A stretch of 64,000 bases of DNA. Origin: Ascoidea asiatica JCM 7603 (lineage: Eukaryota; Fungi; Ascomycota). The position numbers and the translations under genes were made by a program. The notes under the pieces were generated by a model that saw nothing but the letters and a program-made list of their open reading frames with translations, was not told the DNA's origin and searched no databases. Positions 1 through 12,397 of this stretch are shown here, in pieces; position 1 is the stretch's first letter, and each line of letters opens with the position of its first letter. The stretch covers positions 762,731-826,730 of the forward strand of contig BCKQ01000006.1 in the NCBI GenBank assembly GCA_001600695.1, read 5' to 3'.

Positions 1-95
<95 letters not shown>
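1..95. repeat. (ATT)n microsatellite encoding poly-Asn in DDL1
   Basis: Uninterrupted att repeats from position 1 to about 95; reads AAT in the minus-strand frame. Confidence 0.95.
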
Positions 96-1107
96 CATTA
101 CTATTGTTTGAATTAGTTTTAGAAGATTCTTTTCTATAACCTCTATGAATAGCTTTAACATCAGAAAATTTTGGTAAAGTTAAAGATAAAGATTTTGCAA
201 AAACAAGTTGAATTTTACTTAATAAAGATTTATCTTGTAAAATATAAGCAGTATTTGAATTTACATATAAAACATATTTACCAAAAGATTTATCATCTAA
301 TTCAATTACTAAATCTTTTAAATTATTTTGATTATTATTTAATAAATTTAAACTTAAATTATTTTCATTATTATTTTCATTATTATTTTCATTATTTATA
401 TTATCATTGATATAATCATCATTATCAGTTTTAATATTTCTAGGTAAATAAGGTTTTAATTTAATAAAACCATTTTCAATTTGTTTAGTTAAATTTTTAT
501 TTAATGGAATATTATTTGAATCATACCAAATTGCTCTTCTAACTTCATAAATTGGACCATCCCAATAAATTGGTGATAAAGTATTATTTGGTAAATTAAC
601 TAAGAATAAATTATCTTCATTAACAGGAATTTCTTTAGTTATATTTGAATTTGAATTTGAATTTAAATCATTTTTTCTCAAAAATTGATAATTTTTTTCT
701 AAATTATCATTATCATATTTTGAGAATGAAATAAATTTTTCAGGATCTTTAGTTTGTTTATACTTAAAATGTTTTGGTTTTGAGATTGGAATATCAGTCG
801 CATAAAACCATTTTGGAGTTACTTTGGGAACAGACCATTTATTTGTTTTATCTTTACTTATACTTTTAATTTCATTTTTGATTTCAGTTTTGATTTCAGT
901 TTCAATTTCTTTTTCACTTTCAATTGAACCATCTTTTGATAAATTTTTATCCTTTTTTTCAGATAATGAATTTGAAATTTTCATTTTAGAAAAAATTGAA
1001 AATTTTCTAATATTTAATAAATTTCTTTTATTTGAAATGGATTGTGATGCGAGATAATTGAAATTGAAATTAATTTTCAAGCTATAGGCTATAATCAAGA
1101 CCTTCAT
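1..1107 (-). CDS. DDL1: DDHD-domain phospholipase A1 (Ddl1/YOR022C-like), 5' part; runs off the window start
   Basis: Absent from the ORF track because there is no stop inside the window. My translation from ATG 1107 is open to position 1: MKVLIIAYSLK...PKWFYATDIPISKPKHF...PVNEDNLFLVNL...LSPIYWDGPIYEVRRAIWY... These match the WFYA.D.P and P.YW.GP.YEVRR..W motifs of fungal DDHD lipases. The N-terminus is basic/Ser-rich like a mitochondrial presequence. Confidence 0.8.
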
Positions 1108-1664
1108 TCCTTCATACCTCAAAATCAATATCAAAAAGCAAAGAGTTCAAAATATAAATAGACAATAATAACAGCAGTAAAGCATATGAATTGGCAATGG
1201 GTATCAGACTAGTTTTCTTTCCTTGTTCACATTTATAATTTTATATTTATTCACTTAAAATCCTACAATTTCTTTATGTTTCTGTCAAATATAAAAAATA
1301 AAGCTGGATATTTTTGAGTTACTGTTGAATTATTCCATCTTCAAAAGTCGAGGTCGAAAAAACATCGGTCGGAAGCTCGGTTCAGTTAGAGGCAAAACAC
1401 GTGGCTAGACGGAATATGGCGGATTGTATTTGGCGGATTTATAATGGATAATTCGGATAGCGGTTGTTTTAACCCGTTCTCGGTCTGCTCCATGCCGTCG
1501 CCGAGAATCAGAGAATAATATTTCACTTGCATTTGAATATCGTAAATATATCGTAAATACAGAGAAAGTAGTAAATAATCATAAAAGTGTATTTATAGAA
1601 AAGAGAAAGAGAAATAAAAAGAATTTTGTAAATAAAATCAATTCATTTCATTCATTTTATTCAT

Positions 1665-4433
1665 TCATAGTTTGACTTTACCAGATTCTTTTAAATTCAT
1701 GGCAGCATTACTAATTACAGCTACTTCCCTTTCAACTGACCAAGTTTCAAAAACAATTTTTCCATCTTCTTTCCAAGCTTTAATTAATAATTTTTCACCA
1801 GGAAAAACAATATTTGTAAATCGAACTTTAATTTCATTGAAAATTCCAAATTTTTCTGTTAATGCTTTAACAGTAATACCAAAACTACATAAACCATGTA
1901 AAATTGGTTTTGGAAATTTTGCACTTTTTGCAAAATTTGGATCAATATGTAAAGGATTAAGATCTGAAGTTAATCTATAAATTGAAGCTTGATTTTCATT
2001 TGTTTTAACAATAATTGAATAATCTGGTTTTCTATTTGGTGATTTATGAGGATTTATTGCAAATTCATTTCTTTTTTTATATAATTTTTCAATTTTACCT
2101 GTTGCACCTCTATTAAAAGTACTAATTTCATTATAAAAAACTAATTCATTATTTTTTTTATCTCTTGTTTCAACACCACCAACAACAACTGATGAATTAT
2201 TTTTTTTATTTGAAACTTGAACAGGATATCCTTTTGAAATAAGATTACCATTTTTTTTAATTGGCCATTTAAAAACTTTTATATATTGTTCACCATGTAA
2301 TAACATCATTGGATTAAAATCATTTAATAAATTATTTAAATCTAATCCTTCAATATTATTATTCATAAATTCATTCATAAATGGTATAACAGAAAATGAT
2401 TCAATTGGTTGAAAATTTGGTGAATTTTCATAAACATATTTTAAATCTTTTGAAGTTGCTCCAACTGAAATATTATAAAGAATAATATCACGAAATGTAT
2501 AATTATATTCACCCTTTTGTTTAGATAATGAAGATTTATTTTCATCATCATCATCATCTTCTTCTTCGTCGTCATCTTCATCTTCATTATCTTCATCATT
2601 TTTATCATTAGTACCAATTGATTCAAAAATTTTCATAGCAGCTTCATTAGTTGATTTATTTATTACTGGATTTGAATAATCAATAATTTTAGACCAATTA
2701 TCACGTATAAATTCAGGAGTACATAATTTATCATCTTTTATACAAAACCCAGTTGATCTTTGTAATCTTGTATTACCAATCCAACCAGCACCAACTTCAA
2801 ATAATTCACCAGTTGTTGGACAATTTTTTGAAGAAAGTAAAACAAACATTGGAGAAACTTGATCAGGAGAAAATAAATTAAGTTCATTATTTGATAAAAT
2901 TGATTTTGTCATTGCAGTTTCTGCATGAGGAGCAATAATATTAACTTTAATATTATTTTTTTTACCTTCAATTGCTAAAGTTTTTGAAAAACCTAAAATT
3001 GCAGCTTTTGCAGTTGAATAATTTGATTGACCAAAATTTCCATAAATTCCAGAAGTTGAAGAAATATTAATAATTCTACCATAATTTTGTTTTAAAAAAA
3101 TTGGCCAAATTAATGAACATAATTTAAAAGTTGAAATTAAATGAATATTTAAAATTAAATCCCATAAATCTTTTGACATATTTTGAAAAGATTTATCACG
3201 TAAAATTCCTGCATTATTAATTAAAACATCAATTTTACCAAATTTTTTTATACAATTTGAAATAATTTCATTTGAATTTTTATAAACATCATTTTTATCA
3301 GGATATGCATCACCACCATTTTTAATAATTTCATTAACAGTATCAAAAGGATTAATTAAATCATTAACAAAAACTTTTGCACCATATTTAGCTAATAATA
3401 AAGCATAAGATTTACCTAAACCAGAACCAGCACCAGTTATTAAAATTATTTGATTTTTTAAAGAAATTTTAATTGAAGAATCATTAATTTTATTATTTTT
3501 TTTTAAATTATTTGAAAATTTTATTAAATTATTATAATTTATCAGTTGATTTGGATAAGAAACTTTATTAAAATATTTATCATTTTTAAAATCCATAATT
3601 GAATTAAAATTATTTAAAATTAATTCTGGAGTAAAAGTTTTATCAGGTTTAAAAATTTGACCAGAAGATCTTTGCCATCTAATTTGAGAATAAAAACCAG
3701 CAGCTAATTCATAAATTTTTCCATTATCATTAATTGGATTTAAATTATTTGAAGAAAGATATAAAACTAGAGGAGAAATTTTATTTGTTGAAATTTTATT
3801 TAAAATTTCTTTTGGTAATAAATCTTGAGTCATTCTTGAATTTGCTAATGGAGCAATAGTATTTATAATAATATTATATTTATAACCTTCTTTTGCTAAA
3901 GTTTCAGTTAAACCAATTAAACCAGATTTTGCAGCAGAATAATTTGCTTGACCAAAATTACCATATAAACCTGCAGGTGAAGAAGTATTAATAATTCTAC
4001 CAAATTTTTGATTTTTAAAATATGGCCAAGAAGCTTTAATTAAATTAAAAGAACCATTAATATGAACATCAATAACGGAATAAAATTGTTTTAAATTCAT
4101 TTTTTTAAAAGTTGAATCAATTAAAATTCCAGCATTATTTATAATTATATGAATTTTACCAAAATTTTTAATAGTTTGATTAATAATTTTATCAGAATCA
4201 ATTATAATATTATTATAATTTGCAATTGCAATACCACCAAAAGATTTAATTTCTTTTACAACTAAATCAGCAGATTTTGTTGAATTTCCTTGACCTGATA
4301 AAGTACCACCTAAATCATTTACAACAACTTTTGCACCTCTTTTTGCAAAATCAATTGCATAAGTTCTACCTAAACCGCCACCAGCACCAGTTATTATAAC
4401 AACTTTATCATCAAATCTAATTGGATCAGACAT
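1665..4433 (-). CDS. FOX2: Peroxisomal multifunctional beta-oxidation enzyme (two SDR 3-hydroxyacyl-CoA dehydrogenase domains plus MaoC-type hydratase 2)
   Basis: Two TGAGxGLG...NNAGI...NYSxAK SDR domains and the hydratase motif YRLTSDLNPLHIDP...ILHGLCSFG; C-terminus -VKL. Confidence 0.97.
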   Translation of the reverse strand: MSDPIRFDDKVVIITGAGGGLGRTYAIDFAKRGAKVVVNDLGGTLSGQGNSTKSADLVVKEIKSFGGIAIANYNNIIIDSDKIINQTIKNFGKIHIIINNAGILIDSTFKKMNLKQFYSVIDVHINGSFNLIKASWPYFKNQKFGRIINTSSPAGLYGNFGQANYSAAKSGLIGLTETLAKEGYKYNIIINTIAPLANSRMTQDLLPKEILNKISTNKISPLVLYLSSNNLNPINDNGKIYELAAGFYSQIRWQRSSGQIFKPDKTFTPELILNNFNSIMDFKNDKYFNKVSYPNQLINYNNLIKFSNNLKKNNKINDSSIKISLKNQIILITGAGSGLGKSYALLLAKYGAKVFVNDLINPFDTVNEIIKNGGDAYPDKNDVYKNSNEIISNCIKKFGKIDVLINNAGILRDKSFQNMSKDLWDLILNIHLISTFKLCSLIWPIFLKQNYGRIINISSTSGIYGNFGQSNYSTAKAAILGFSKTLAIEGKKNNIKVNIIAPHAETAMTKSILSNNELNLFSPDQVSPMFVLLSSKNCPTTGELFEVGAGWIGNTRLQRSTGFCIKDDKLCTPEFIRDNWSKIIDYSNPVINKSTNEAAMKIFESIGTNDKNDEDNEDEDDDEEEDDDDDENKSSLSKQKGEYNYTFRDIILYNISVGATSKDLKYVYENSPNFQPIESFSVIPFMNEFMNNNIEGLDLNNLLNDFNPMMLLHGEQYIKVFKWPIKKNGNLISKGYPVQVSNKKNNSSVVVGGVETRDKKNNELVFYNEISTFNRGATGKIEKLYKKRNEFAINPHKSPNRKPDYSIIVKTNENQASIYRLTSDLNPLHIDPNFAKSAKFPKPILHGLCSFGITVKALTEKFGIFNEIKVRFTNIVFPGEKLLIKAWKEDGKIVFETWSVEREVAVISNAAMNLKESGKVKL

Positions 4434-5393
4434 TATGAAAAATAGATTTATTGTTTAAATTATTTTTTATTAATTGATTATTTGATTAATTGATTATTTG
4501 ATTATTTGATTTATTGATTATTTGATTGATTGATATAAGATTATTAAGATGATAAGAAATAAAAGACTCGAATAGAAATAAAAGAATAGGACAATGATGT
4601 ATATTTAAATGACTTCTTGTTCTCGTTCTTAATCTTGATCTTGATCTTGTTCTTTACCCAATTTCAAATTCAATTATCATGAATATCAAATATATCACTT
4701 AGCCATTATCATTTCAGTTTTTAATATTCTTCTTCTATCATATCATGATTGTTTTATATCTTGATCATATGCTTGCAGTTCCAGTAGAAAAGAAAGGTAA
4801 ACAGCAAACAATAACTCCAAACTGCAAACAGCAATTGGAGATCAAACAAACCAAACCAAATCAAACAAAACCATCAAATGAGAATAAATCGAATCTGGAT
4901 CTGAGTTGTCGAGTGAGATTTCCAGCGGTAAAAACTGTATTTTTGTACTGTGATCAGAGCGAGTTATCAGCTAGCTCCAGCCTGCGCATGGCAACTGTGG
5001 CAAAAGATGTGACCTTTTGCTCTGCGGGGTGCACACCGGTCACATGGGAGGTAGGAGAAGGGGTACCTGAGTTATGGTTTCAAAAATAATGAATCACGTG
5101 CTGATGTTTTTTTTTAATTTTTTCTATGAGACCATATTTATGGATCAGACTGATTATATCTTTGTTTACATTAGTTTAATTAAATTAATACAAAAACCAC
5201 AATTACAAATAAACCTTTATTTTATTTCAATTAATTTCAGTTTCTTTCAATTTTATCCAGATTCAATCAACTTATTATCCAATTCATATTCGTATTTTTC
5301 ATATTCATATTATTCAATTTGTGTTCTGTTTTGCTTTGCTAATTAATTAATCAATATTTCTATTTCCATTTGTATTTCTATTCCTTTTTCTAT

Positions 5394-5461
5394 TCATTCA
5401 TTCAATCATTCAATCATTCAATCATTCAATCATTCAATCATTCAATCATTCAATCAATCAA
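5394..5461. repeat. (TCATTCAA)n 8-bp tandem repeat upstream of RAD59
   Basis: ttcaatcattcaatcattca... read directly from sequence. Confidence 0.9.
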
Positions 5462-5577
5462 TTTTTGTTTATATTTCATTTCTTGTAAATTTCAAAAACT
5501 TTTTATCTCTTTACTTTATATTCAATTCAATTCCAATATATTATAACTTATTAAATTACATATAAACTTATTTCAAA

Positions 5578-6624
5578 ATGTCAGATTCTAATATTAATTC
5601 CAATAATAATTCTCAATCAATAAGTCGACCTTCTTCAAAACCATCAACGGATTTTTCTCAAATGACAACTACAACTACAACTACAGAATCAACAATTTCA
5701 ACAATTCAATCTTCTCAAAAGAGAAAATTACAAGATGATTTTGATGATTCAAAAAAATTAAAATTACAATCAATTCAAATCCCATATCAATCTAAATCTA
5801 GAACAGAATCTGAATTAAAATTAGAATCAAAATTAAGAAAAGAAAAATATGAAATTTTTAAAAAAAAATATGAAATTGATAATAAAAATAATCTTAAATC
5901 TACTATTAAAACAACTTTTTTCCCAAAAATTACTGATGATTTCTTTATACCAGATTCAAATGATTTACTAGATTCAAATTCAAATTCGGATTTAATATTA
6001 AAATTCCCAAATTATTTCTCTGGTTCAAATTGGTCTATTTCTACAATAAGTAAATTTGCTTCAATTTTACTTAATAATAATAAAAAAATTTCTTTAACTA
6101 AATTAATTCATTTATCAAATAATATCTTTGGTTTTAATTCTTGGTTTACTCAAATTATTTTAAATTCTTTTAAAATTATTCATTTTACTCAAACTAAATT
6201 TATAAAAGATGATTCTCTTAATAAAAAAAATTATTCAAATATTAAAGATATTAAAAATATGAATGATATTATAAATAATATTAATAATATTGATAATCAT
6301 TTATCTAAAGAAGAAATTAAAAATGAAAATATAGATAATGATGAAAATAATGATGAAAATGATAATGATGATAATTTTTATTATAAATATTCAATATCTG
6401 CTCAAATTGAAATAAAATTAATTTTAAAAGATGGTACTTATGTAATTTCAACAGGTAATTCTGTTATTACAAATGTTAATTCAAAATCAACTGCTTTAAA
6501 TAATGTTAAAAAATCTGCAATAAATAATGCAATTAAAACAAATTTTAATAATTTAATTAATTTATTATTAAATTTTCAACAAAAAAAAAATTTAAATTCT
6601 ATTAAATCAATAAATTATTATTAA
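5578..6624 (+). CDS. RAD59: Rad52-family single-strand annealing protein, Rad59-like
   Basis: LIHLSNNIFGFNSW...YSISAQIEIKLILKDGT...VKKSAINNAIK resembles the Rad52/59 core (ANxxFGxxGW, VxLKDGT, KKxAVxDALK). It lacks the long Rad52 C-terminal region. Confidence 0.75.
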   Translation: MSDSNINSNNNSQSISRPSSKPSTDFSQMTTTTTTTESTISTIQSSQKRKLQDDFDDSKKLKLQSIQIPYQSKSRTESELKLESKLRKEKYEIFKKKYEIDNKNNLKSTIKTTFFPKITDDFFIPDSNDLLDSNSNSDLILKFPNYFSGSNWSISTISKFASILLNNNKKISLTKLIHLSNNIFGFNSWFTQIILNSFKIIHFTQTKFIKDDSLNKKNYSNIKDIKNMNDIINNINNIDNHLSKEEIKNENIDNDENNDENDNDDNFYYKYSISAQIEIKLILKDGTYVISTGNSVITNVNSKSTALNNVKKSAINNAIKTNFNNLINLLLNFQQKKNLNSIKSINYY

Positions 6625-6669
6625 AAATTATATACTTCACTTAATATACTTACTATATATAAATGTATT

Positions 6670-6902
6670 TTAATTATGATGAATCATTTTATTTAATTCA
6701 TCCCAATTATCAAATGCTTGTACTGAAACATCATTATAAATATCATTCCATTTATTTATATCTTCTCCAGAAAATTTATCAAATGAACTCATATTATCAA
6801 ATGTAAATCCCATATCTCCTAATTCAAATAAATCAAAATCTATATTTATATCAATATCCATATCATTATTACCTGTATTACCACCAGTATTACCAGTATT
6901 AC

Positions 6903-6962
<60 letters not shown>

Positions 6963-9900
6963 TATTCATATTTATTAATCCATTATTTGATTCACTATTT
7001 TCAATTGAATTAACATTTAATGCCTCATTTGTATTAGAAATTGTATTATTATTATTATTATTATTATTAGCAGTGGCATTATTGTTATTATTTGAAATTA
7101 AATTACCATTATCATTACTATTTACATTACCATTTTCAATTGTATTAATATTTTTAAATGATTCCATGAAATTATTATCTGTTCTGAAAAAATCAAATAA
7201 ATTATCAAAATCAATTCCTTCTTGATTTTCTATAAAATTATCAAAATCAAATACTGGTTGATTATTATTGTTATTATTATTGACAGTATTAGTATTAATT
7301 TGAGTATTATTTGGAATATTATTATGATGACTTCTATTTCCATTCAAATCCATATTCATATTCATATTCATATTCATGTTCATATTCATATTTGGATTTA
7401 TATTAGGATTCAAATTTCCATTAATATTTTGATCTTCATTTATATTTTCACTTTCTTCTAAAATAGTATCAATTACATTAACATTATTATCCATATTATA
7501 ATTATATCCAGGATTTATTGAAACTCCATTTGCGAATTTTGGTGACATATTCTGTAATCCATTATGTAAATTTTCCATGATTGTATTTCCCATATATGAT
7601 GATCCTTCATTTTTAGAATTAATTAAATTAGAATTTGAACTCATATAAGTACTATATGCATTTCTATAATCATCATTTTCTAAACCATTTGATGATTTTT
7701 CTAAACTAAATTTATTTGAATCATTTGGATTTAAATTATTAAATAATTTTGGATCTAAATTTGAATTTTTTCTACCAAAATTATCTTTGAATTTAATTGG
7801 ATTTAAAAGATTTAATTCTTTTCTATTATTTGCAAATTCATCAATACCTGATATTCTATTTGTAGAATGTTGACTCATCATCATTTTATCAAAAAAATTA
7901 TCTTCAAATAATTTAATTCTTACAGGAATTTGTTTACTACTAATTGGATCAATAATAGTAATATCATTTTTCATAAAAAAATGATTTGTATCAAAAATTA
8001 ATTTTAAAATATTATTAAAATGTAATTTTGCAACCTTATTTTTTTTTAAAATCATTTTAATTAATAAATTTAAACATTTTTTTAAAGCAATTTGATTTTT
8101 TGTTAAAATTTTTAAATCTTTATTTAAACTTTTAATATTATCTTTACTAAATTCTAAAGTTAAAATTTCCATAATAAAAACAAGTGAAGATGATAAAATA
8201 TATTCAATATCATGAACTCCAAAAGTTGAAATTAATTCATCTTTTGATAATGAAACTAATAATTTTGTTGTTAAATGTGCTGCATTAGAACAAATTGTAA
8301 TCATTGAATTTGAAAAACTATCAATTGGTTTTATAGGATTTGATTCACCATTTTCATTTTCAATAATTTCATTTGGAGAATTTTTTGCTGATGATAAAGA
8401 ATGAACTTTAACAGATCTTAATCTTTTTTCAGTAACATGAGAAAGTGCAGGAACTGTAGTTAAATGAATATAATGACAATAATTTAAATGAATTGATCTA
8501 ATAAATCTATTTGTTTTATTTGAAATTTCTTCAAGATTTAAAGGATTTAATCTAAATTCAACAGGTAAACCATCTTTCCAAATAATTAATCTTTGAATAA
8601 TATTACCAATACTTTTTAAAAATAAATTTTTAGATTCAGTTACAGTTATTTTACTACCACAATTTGGATGACCACCCCAACATTGAGGATTTGAATAATT
8701 AACACCCTCAAAATCATTACTTTTTAAATAAATTGTATTTAAAATATCTTCAGCAATTTTATTTAATTCAATATAAACCCAAAATAATTTTGGATCAATT
8801 GGACCTTTAGTAATTGTAGGATATTTAGTTCTAACTTGTCTATAATTTAATAAAACTGGTCTACCAGATCTTGCACAAAAATTTCTATTAATACAATAAC
8901 AAGACCACCAAATTTCTCTTCTATGATTAATTTCTTCTTCAGATAAAAATTCTTGAAATACACTTTCTTTATGAAGATTATGAGCTATAGAAATATCCAT
9001 AGCTAAATTTGAATATGAAATACCTAATTGTTTTTTACCACAAGATCTAAAATAACAACAAATTAATGAATAAATTTCAATAATTTCTAAATTTCCATTA
9101 AACATATTATATAATACAGGTAAATTTGAAATACATTCTTGAACAAATTGAAAACCAGGAGGATTTAAATAAATTTGTTTATCAATATCTTTTGTTGAAG
9201 ATAATAATAAATTATCTTGTTGATCAACTTTTTGATTAAAATTTTGAATATGATTTCTATAATTTGTAAAATCATGATGAGAAATATTTCTATCATTTTC
9301 ATAATTATCATCATTTTCATTGTTATTTTGAATTAAAAATTCTTGTTCATAAACTTGACCTAAAGCAATAACTATACACATTTTATTATACCAAAATTTT
9401 TTATCAATTAAATTTTTAATATATTTTAAATCTTCATCAATATTTAAATCATTTAAATTTTCTGAATCAAAATTATCAAATCTACTTAATTGTTTTAATT
9501 GATTTAAATATTTAAAAGTTAAATTTAAATTTTTTTTAAATAAATCAATATCAAAAGAAATATAACCAGTTATAATAAATTTTACAACATTTTGAAGATA
9601 TTTTAAAGCTTGATTATAAGTTATACTTTGCATTAAACCATAATTTATTGAAATTTTAAAATGATTTGAATCTAAATACATATTTCTATTTTTATGATGA
9701 TTAAATTCTTTAAAAGAATAAGTTCTTTCAATTGAAACAGAAGCTAATTTATAAGTATTTGGATTTGAAACATCATTTGGAATTGAAATTGAATTAGATT
9801 GAGGTAATTGATTATCATTTTCTTTTAATTGATTATTATTAATATTATTAATATTATTTGGGTTATTAGAAATTTCATTTGAAGGATTAAAAGGAAAAGG

Positions 9901-10639
9901 AGAAACAGAAGAAGTTGAAGGAGACAGATTAATTGAATTTGAATTTGGTTGAAGATGAATATTACTTATAATATTTGAAATTTGTTCTTCACTTTCACTT
10001 ATATTTTGATTTTGAATTTGAATTTGAATTTGATTATCATTATCAAATTGAGATTGAGTTATTAATTTTGGAATTGAAATCGAATTTCTTGGAGAATTTA
10101 TAATTGGTTCATTAATAAAAGCTTCTAATTGACCACCAATATTTTCAACTGAACCATTTTCAAGAACTGAAGGATTTTCATCATCTTTATTTATAATATC
10201 ATTTTCATCATCAATGTTCTTGTTATTGTTATTGTTATTGTTATTATTGTTATCATTATCATCATTATCGTGATCAGAATGTGAAGTTGAATTTGAATGT
10301 GGAGTTGAATTTGAATTTTGATTTGATTGTAATTGTAATTCTAATTCTTTAATTTTATTTTTTAATTGAATTATAGTTTCTTCATTAACTCTAATTTTTT
10401 TAGCAGATTTACGATAAATACATTGAGAATTTGAAATTGAACAAGTTCTACATGGAATACCACCAGAACATTTTGTTTTTCTTTTTTTACATCTTTGACA
10501 AGCAATTTTTGCTCTTGGAATTGGATCATCATTTGAATCATTATTTTGATCTATATTTGATTTTAAATCTGAATTTATTTCAGAATTAATTTCAGTTTTA
10601 ATATTATTAAAATTTTGTAAAGAATTATTGATATTGATA

Positions 10640-10692
<53 letters not shown>

Positions 10693-11097
10693 TTCGGGTA
10701 TAATAATATCTTTAATAATAATATTATCTTTTTTTTTTGATTTATTTCTATTTTTATTATTAATTGATTGATTTTTAGATTTTTTATTTATTGAAATTAC
10801 ATTTTTTTTTAAAATTTTTGAATTTTTTGAAATTTTATTATTATTTGATTTAATATTTATAATTTTTTTACCATTTATAATATTTAAATTTGTATTATTA
10901 TTGGTATTAGTATCTGAATTTATATTGGAATTTATATTAGTATTAGTATTTGATGGAATATTATTTTCATTATTTGAATTATTTAAATTATTTAAATTAT
11001 TTAGATTATTTAAATTATTCAAATTATTTAAACTATTTGATTCTACTAAAGATGGATCAAGTTTGAAAGAATCATTTTGAAATTGAATTGCAGACAT
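6670..11097 (-). CDS. Zn(II)2Cys6 fungal transcription factor with fungal_trans middle homology region (Put3/Thi1-like)
   Basis: ACQRCKKRKTKCSGGIPCRTCSISNSQCIY followed by a linker/coiled coil (KKIRVNEETIIQLKNKIKELE); RREIWWSCY...SGRP MHR motif; acidic C-terminus. Confidence 0.9.
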
Positions 11098-11152
11098 TAT
11101 TGAAGTTCTTTTTTATATTTTAGATTTATTATTATTGATATTATATGGTATT

Positions 11153-11259
11153 AAATTATTGAAATTATTGAAATTATTGAAATTATTGAAATTATTGAAA
11201 TTATTGAAATTATTGAAATTATTGAAATTATTGAAATTATTGAAATTATTGAAATTATT
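11153..11259. repeat. (AAATTATTG)n 9-bp tandem repeat, about 12 copies, upstream of the Zn-cluster gene
   Basis: gaaattattgaaattattg... read directly from sequence. Confidence 0.92.
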
Positions 11260-12103
11260 TCTTATTATGGATGGATAATATTGAATAATATTATTTGATT
11301 AATGAGGTTTTGTTATTATTCGAATAAGAATAATAATAATAATAATAATAATAATAAGAATAAGAATTAGAATTAAGGATTAAGAATTAAGGATTAAAAT
11401 AAGAATTAATTAATTAAGAATATGATTATGAATAAGAATAAGAATATAATAAACTGTAGTTTTAGTAATAGTTGAACCAGAATATAGAAAAAAGAATAAA
11501 ATAAATTGAAAGAATAAAGAAAATATTCCCTTAGGAGTTAAATATGAATAATATATATTTTTTTTTACAGGATAATAAAGCACTAAGACATTTTTAGATA
11601 TTAATAATCGAATAATCCAAAAATGATTGAAATCTCGATCGATAGCTTTATTTTATTTGAAGTAAAACTGTTATTGTTATTATCAGCCAAGTCACTCATA
11701 TCTCGAGCTCTGCGCTTCAGCACTGCCAACGTTCACCGTTTCCCAGCACTTTTCTTACAGCTGCCGGTGAGAGCGTTTATCGAGACCTGTGAGATTTGTC
11801 GAGTTCTGTCGAGTTTCTCTCGGGGGCCACTTTCCGATCCAACTCTACCGCCACACTTGTCGCCACTGGCACCAGCACTATCTCCACCAATCAGAAACAG
11901 CGACGTCTAAAGGAGTGCTGCACACAGAATATTACTTTTTTTCACACGTAAAAACATAGACATTGTGTGTATCTGCATTAAAAAAATAAAACCCATGGGG
12001 ATGGTAGATCCACAGATTCGGTTTTAAAACTTGCACGTCTAGTTACCGTTTTGTACAGCTGCTTTGCTTTCCGCAAATTTTTTTATTTTGAGTTTGGCAA
12101 CTC

Positions 12104-12121
12104 TGAAAAATTGAAAATTTT
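12104..12121 (+). promoter_or_regulatory. Tandem RRPE elements upstream of NOG1
   Basis: TGAAAAATT overlapping TGAAAATTTT about 280 nt upstream of a ribosome-biogenesis gene; matches the RRPE consensus TGAAAAWTTTT. Confidence 0.6.
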
Positions 12122-12397
12122 TTTATTTTTTTTGTTGGAGTATCATTATTTATTAGAATAACTTTGATCAATCAATATCATTTTCAGGTAAATAAATAAA
12201 AACGATACTTCCTGTATTAATATCTTTTTCAAACTATTCAGTTTAATTTGTTTTTCTTTTTCCATTGTTTCTTCTCATTCTTTATATTAGTTACTTTATT
12301 TGTTGTGAAAATACTTTAGAACTAATTACTATATATTTAGTTTCTTTAATTCTTTAGAAGAATCTTTTTTCAAATATTATAATCAATATTATCAAAA

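Noticed and set aside
171-1057. + strand ORFs 171-410 and 824-1057
   Set aside because: Antisense shadows of the DDL1 coding region
4745-5346. Short ORFs over GC islands (also 11623-11910, 21839-22036, 40630-41288, 48618-48950, 52694-53211)
   Set aside because: Stop codons are simply rarer in GC-rich promoter DNA; codon usage is unlike the real genes and no motifs are present
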